Source: an uncultured Pseudomonadota bacterium
Lineage (GTDB): Bacteria; Oederibacteriota; Muellerivitia; Muellerivitales; Muellerivitaceae
Reading direction: 5' to 3'
DNA: 64,000 nt
Assembly: GCA_963836235.1 (NCBI GenBank)
Contig: CAWIIP010000002.1
Span: 288,001-352,000, forward strand
The position numbers and the translations under genes were made by a program. The notes under the pieces are model-generated. The model worked only from the letters and a program-made list of their open reading frames with translations. It had not been told where the DNA came from and ran no database searches. Shown here piece by piece: positions 60,412-64,000 of this stretch (position 1 is the stretch's first letter; every line of letters begins with the position of its first letter).

Positions 60412-60855
60412 TTATTTCCTCGATTCTATTATTATCGAGAGCTTTTTAATGAGTTTTTTTGATGGCTCATGTTTCCCACGTTCCCACTTCGCGACAGTCG
60501 TTTCATCTACCCCGACCAATTGAGCGAATTTCTCCTGACTCAATCCATGGGTTAGGCGATAAAGCTTCATCTGTTCAACAACGTTGTCAGTTTTCTTGCA
60601 GTAGGGTGGTGGGGTGTACCCCAGGAAGGCAATGATCTTGGGTAGGTAGGTGAAATAGGGCGTGACCCGGTTCAGTTCCCAGTTTGTGACCGCCGATTCG
60701 GTGACCCCCAAGGTGGCCGCCACGTCTTTTTGCCACAGCCCCAGGTCAAGGCGGCGCTTCCTGATGTGATCCCCCAGGGTAGTCAGAGCTTTCGGGTAAG
60801 CGCGAGATTGGGGCTTTTTCGCTTTAAATTGTAGCTTGCAGAAAGGCAACGCCAC
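60412..60855 (-). CDS. Transcriptional regulator with two XRE HTH domains; start codon overlaps the comM junction
   Basis: LGDHIRKRRLDLGLWQKDVA..VTNWE and GLSQEKFAQLVGVDETTVAKWERG. Confidence 0.9.
   Translation of the reverse strand: MALPFCKLQFKAKKPQSRAYPKALTTLGDHIRKRRLDLGLWQKDVAATLGVTESAVTNWELNRVTPYFTYLPKIIAFLGYTPPPYCKKTDNVVEQMKLYRLTHGLSQEKFAQLVGVDETTVAKWERGKHEPSKKLIKKLSIIIESRK
60789..60849. repeat. Right direct repeat (5' end of the XRE gene)
   Basis: 54/61 identity to 57095-57155; minus strand reads LPFCKLQFKAKKPQSRAYPK. Confidence 0.9.
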
Positions 60856-61340
60856 CCTGCCCCTGTGGTTATTACACCGACCCTTCCAAGGAATGCACTT
60901 GCACGCCCCACCAAATACAGAAATACCTGAGCAAGATTTCCGGCCCCCTTTTGGATCGCATTGACCTGCATATCGACGTACCCGCTTTGAAATGGAAGGA
61001 AATATCCGATACTGAACCCAGCGAGCCTTCGGGAGCCATCCGTGAGCGGATCAGCAAGGCCCGGACCATTCAACAAAAGCGTTTCACGGGCGAGGGCTTA
61101 CATTGCAATTCCCAAATGGCGACTACCCAATTGCGCAAATACTGCGGCCTGGACGAGCCGTCCCAGTCCCTCTTAAAGAACGCCATGGAAAAATTCGGCC
61201 TCTCAGCTCGCGCTTACGACCGAATCCTGAAAGTCGCCCGCACCATCGCTGACTTGGATTCCGAAGAATTTATCAAACCCGCCTATATCGCCGAAGCCAT
61301 CCAATACCGTAACTTGGATAGAAGTGTTTGGCGGAATTAA
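60855..61340 (+). pseudogene. comM: ComM/YifB 3' fragment
   Basis: PCPCGYYTDPSKECTC..SKISGPLLDRID..LSARAYDRILKVARTIADL..EAIQYR. Confidence 0.93.
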
Positions 61341-61423
61341 ACAGTACTCTTCGAGTAAAAGATCGTGCCCGATAACTGGAATTAATCAAAATCTTGCTTG
61401 TAACCGTGGACCATCCATTTAAC

Positions 61424-62404
61424 CTACCGATTAACGGCGCTCATATCCGGATAACGCTGGCCGGCCGCCACACCCATTGGAAAAGCCTCGTTCAAGCGGT
61501 TCAAGTCGTCGGTCGTGAGTTTTACGTCTAAAGCCGCGGCATTTTCTTCCAAACGTGAAATCTTTCGAGTCCCCGGGATCGGAACAATATCCTCCCCTTG
61601 GGCCATTACCCAAGCCAGCGCCAACTGGGCGGGAGTGATTTTCTTTTCGTCCGCCAACTTTTTAACAAAATTGGCCAAATGAAGATTTTTCTCAAAATTC
61701 TCCTCAGTGAATCTGGGATTTTTCCGGCGCCAATCGCTTTCGGCCAAATCGTCCCGTTTTTGGAAAACTCCGGTCAGAAATCCCCTTCCCAAGGGGCTGT
61801 AAGATACGAACCCGATCCCCAATTCACGGGTGGTCTTCAACAGCTCGTCCTCCGGTTCCCTGCTCCAAAGGGAATATTCAGTTTGGAGGGCTGAAATGGG
61901 ATGCGCCGCGTTGGCTCGGCGGATGGTTTGGGGTCCCGCCTCGGATAAGCCCAGGTACCGCACCTTTCCCTGTTGGACCAGCTTGGCCATGGCCCCCACC
62001 GTGTCTTCGATGGGAACGGTGTTGTCTACCCGGTGCTGGTAATAAAGGTCAATCACATCGATTTTGAGGCGCTTCAATGAGGCGTCGCAACATTGGAGGA
62101 CATATTCGGGCTTTCCACTAATCCCCAGGAACTTCCCGTCCGTTGACCTCTGGTTTCCAAACTTAGTAGCGACGATGATTTGAGATCGCCTGCCTTGTAG
62201 AAACTTCCCCAACAATTCCTCATTGGTAAAAGGCCCGTACATATCAGCCGTATCGAGAAAATTAATCTCTAAATCCAGGGCCTTTTGCAGGACTTCTAGC
62301 GATTCCTGGTCATTGCGTGGCCCGTAAAAATCCGACATACCCATGCATCCCAATCCTAAACGCGAAACCCTGAGTCCCTGTCGTCCCAACGGAATTTTTC
62401 TCAT
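61424..62404 (-). CDS. Aldo/keto reductase
   Basis: [37 protein letters not shown]. Confidence 0.95.
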   Translation of the reverse strand: MRKIPLGRQGLRVSRLGLGCMGMSDFYGPRNDQESLEVLQKALDLEINFLDTADMYGPFTNEELLGKFLQGRRSQIIVATKFGNQRSTDGKFLGISGKPEYVLQCCDASLKRLKIDVIDLYYQHRVDNTVPIEDTVGAMAKLVQQGKVRYLGLSEAGPQTIRRANAAHPISALQTEYSLWSREPEDELLKTTRELGIGFVSYSPLGRGFLTGVFQKRDDLAESDWRRKNPRFTEENFEKNLHLANFVKKLADEKKITPAQLALAWVMAQGEDIVPIPGTRKISRLEENAAALDVKLTTDDLNRLNEAFPMGVAAGQRYPDMSAVNR

Positions 62405-62642
62405 CCTGGTCCCCCTATAATCTTTGCAAAAGAAAAATCATCATAATTTCACTCATTCTGCCATTGCAATAGCCTGAAACGAGGGGAAAGGCCTCCAGTA
62501 TCCCTAAAAGATAGCCTCTTTATGGGCAGTTTTCAGGAATCTAACTCTGATGGATAATCACTCTGTTCAAAAGACGTAAATTGGAGTATCCCTCTATAGA
62601 AATATGAATGACCCTTCTTAAACCGCGCAGGCTTGGTTACCG

Positions 62643-64000
62643 ATGAACGCAAAAATCAAACTCATTTTCGGGATTTTCCTTTTTCTGGTTTTTTCAATTT
62701 TTGAGATCACTAAATCCGATAAGGGCACCCCCTTGGTCGTTTTGGGTATTCTTTCCGCCTGCGTCATTTGCGGTTTAGCCGGTTATTTCATCAACCGGCA
62801 AATCAACGAGCGGCAGGCGTTCCTGAACCACCTGAAATCCAGCGAAGAAAAATTTCGATTTCTCACCGAGACCGCGTACGATGCCTTTATTACCACAGAC
62901 TCCGATGGAAATATCACCGATATCAATCCGGCCGGGGAAGCAATGTTCGGTTATTCCAAACCGGAATTGGTCTGCAAACCCCTCTCGTTACTGATGCCTC
63001 AAAAATTCGACCTCGAAGGAATTGATTTATCCTTTGAGAAATTCGTTTCCATCGTCTCCGGCGTCCAAACCCTTGAGATCACGGGAATAAAGAAAGATTT
63101 GTCTATTTTCCCTTCAGAGGTCTCGGTTTCAAAGTGGAAAACGAAAGATGGAGTCTTTCACACGGCTATCGTCCGCGACATAACCGAAAGAAAATTTTTT
63201 ATCAAAACTCTATTGAATAACGAACACCGACTATTCCAATTTTTGGACGCCATTCCCATGGGGGTTCTGGTTCGAGATCCTACTGGTGCCCCCTATTACT
63301 CCAATCACGCCCACGATGAATTATTCGGATCGGACATGGTCAAAAACAAAACACTTATCGATCAAACACCGGAAGCCCACCATCTTTTCATTGCCGGGTC
63401 GGATCAGCCCTATCCTCCAGATGAATTGCCGGGGGCGAAAGCCCTGCTGGGGGAAAAATCACATATTGACGATATCGAGATGCGTCATTTAAATCGCGTC
63501 ATTCCATTGGAAGGCTGGGGATCCCCTATTCTGGACGAAAAGGGAGGCGTTAAATTTGCCTTGACCGCCATCATGGATGTTAGCCGTCAGAGAGAAATCC
63601 ACGAAGCCACGAAGGAGCGTGAGGAATTTTTCAGAAACTTGTTCGAGGAAAGCCCCATCGGCATGACTTTGACCTTTCCCGACGGCACTTTCGCCAACGT
63701 CAACCGGGCTTTTTGCGATATGTTGGGATACTCCAAAAACGAATTGATCGGCCTTTCCTGCATGAACTTTACCTTCGCCGAGGATGCTTCGGTCGAAAAA
63801 TCCTTAAACAAAAAGCTTTTTGAAAAAATACTGCCGAAGTACCAAATTGAAACACGCTACATCCCCAAGAATGGGGGTCTCATCCGGTGTAAAGTATCCG
63901 CGTCAGTGATGCGAAACCTAGAGGACGAACCCCTTTTCCGCCTCGCCATGACGGAAAATATCACCGAACAAAAAACCGCCGAAGCCGAACTGAAAGAGAG
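62643..64000 (+). CDS. Membrane-bound multi-PAS sensor protein (partial, runs off window)
   Basis: Manual translation MNAKIKLIFG..(2 TMs)..SEEKFRFLTETAYDAFI..NPAGEAMFGYS; further PAS/PAC repeats (VRDITERK, ENITEQK). Confidence 0.85.
   Translation, partial: MNAKIKLIFGIFLFLVFSIFEITKSDKGTPLVVLGILSACVICGLAGYFINRQINERQAFLNHLKSSEEKFRFLTETAYDAFITTDSDGNITDINPAGEAMFGYSKPELVCKPLSLLMPQKFDLEGIDLSFEKFVSIVSGVQTLEITGIKKDLSIFPSEVSVSKWKTKDGVFHTAIVRDITERKFFIKTLLNNEHRLFQFLDAIPMGVLVRDPTGAPYYSNHAHDELFGSDMVKNKTLIDQTPEAHHLFIAGSDQPYPPDELPGAKALLGEKSHIDDIEMRHLNRVIPLEGWGSPILDEKGGVKFALTAIMDVSRQREIHEATKEREEFFRNLFEESPIGMTLTFPDGTFANVNRAFCDMLGYSKNELIGLSCMNFTFAEDASVEKSLNKKLFEKILPKYQIETRYIPKNGGLIRCKVSASVMRNLEDEPLFRLAMTENITEQKTAEAELKE

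Larger units (their letters stand above)
57095..60857. mobile_element. AT-rich defence island inserted in comM, bounded by 61-bp direct repeats, no recombinase gene
   Basis: Interrupts comM; drop in GC; five co-oriented minus-strand genes; direct repeats at 57095-57155 and 60789-60849. Confidence 0.85.

Noticed and set aside
57095-60849. Repeats as a target-site duplication or IS ends
   Set aside because: The repeat is XRE coding sequence rather than comM sequence, is direct not inverted, and there is no transposase.

Overview
Bacterial chromosomal window of roughly 50% GC (judged by eye). Thr-rich linkers and a YPNP-type C-terminal domain resemble candidate division FCPU426-like genomes; this is inference only. 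Housekeeping genes (ftsY, smc, typA, hisG, rlmN, rpe, a DEAD-box helicase, a cls-type phospholipase D, ffh) are mixed with many exported and signalling proteins. The most notable feature is comM (YifB), which is split and missing about 25 conserved codons. It is interrupted by an AT-rich 3.7 kb island with no recombinase, carrying a double-XRE regulator, an AbiV-like gene, a DprA+PRTase (ShosTA-like) pair and a DUF4145/HEPN-like gene. The island is bounded by 61-bp direct repeats (54/61 identical) that encode the regulator's N-terminus and run into a shared ACCnTGC core at the comM PCPCG codons. Other points of interest are a ferritin-like diiron / heme-oxygenase-like / PLP enzyme cluster, a Cys-rich polyproline leader ORF before a CxxCGC outer-membrane barrel, an exported PIMT operon with a half-inactive tandem hydrolase, a Ser/Thr kinase-WD40 plus FHA-cyclase module, and a frameshifted Spy/CpxP gene. 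No rRNA, tRNA or CRISPR array was recognised.
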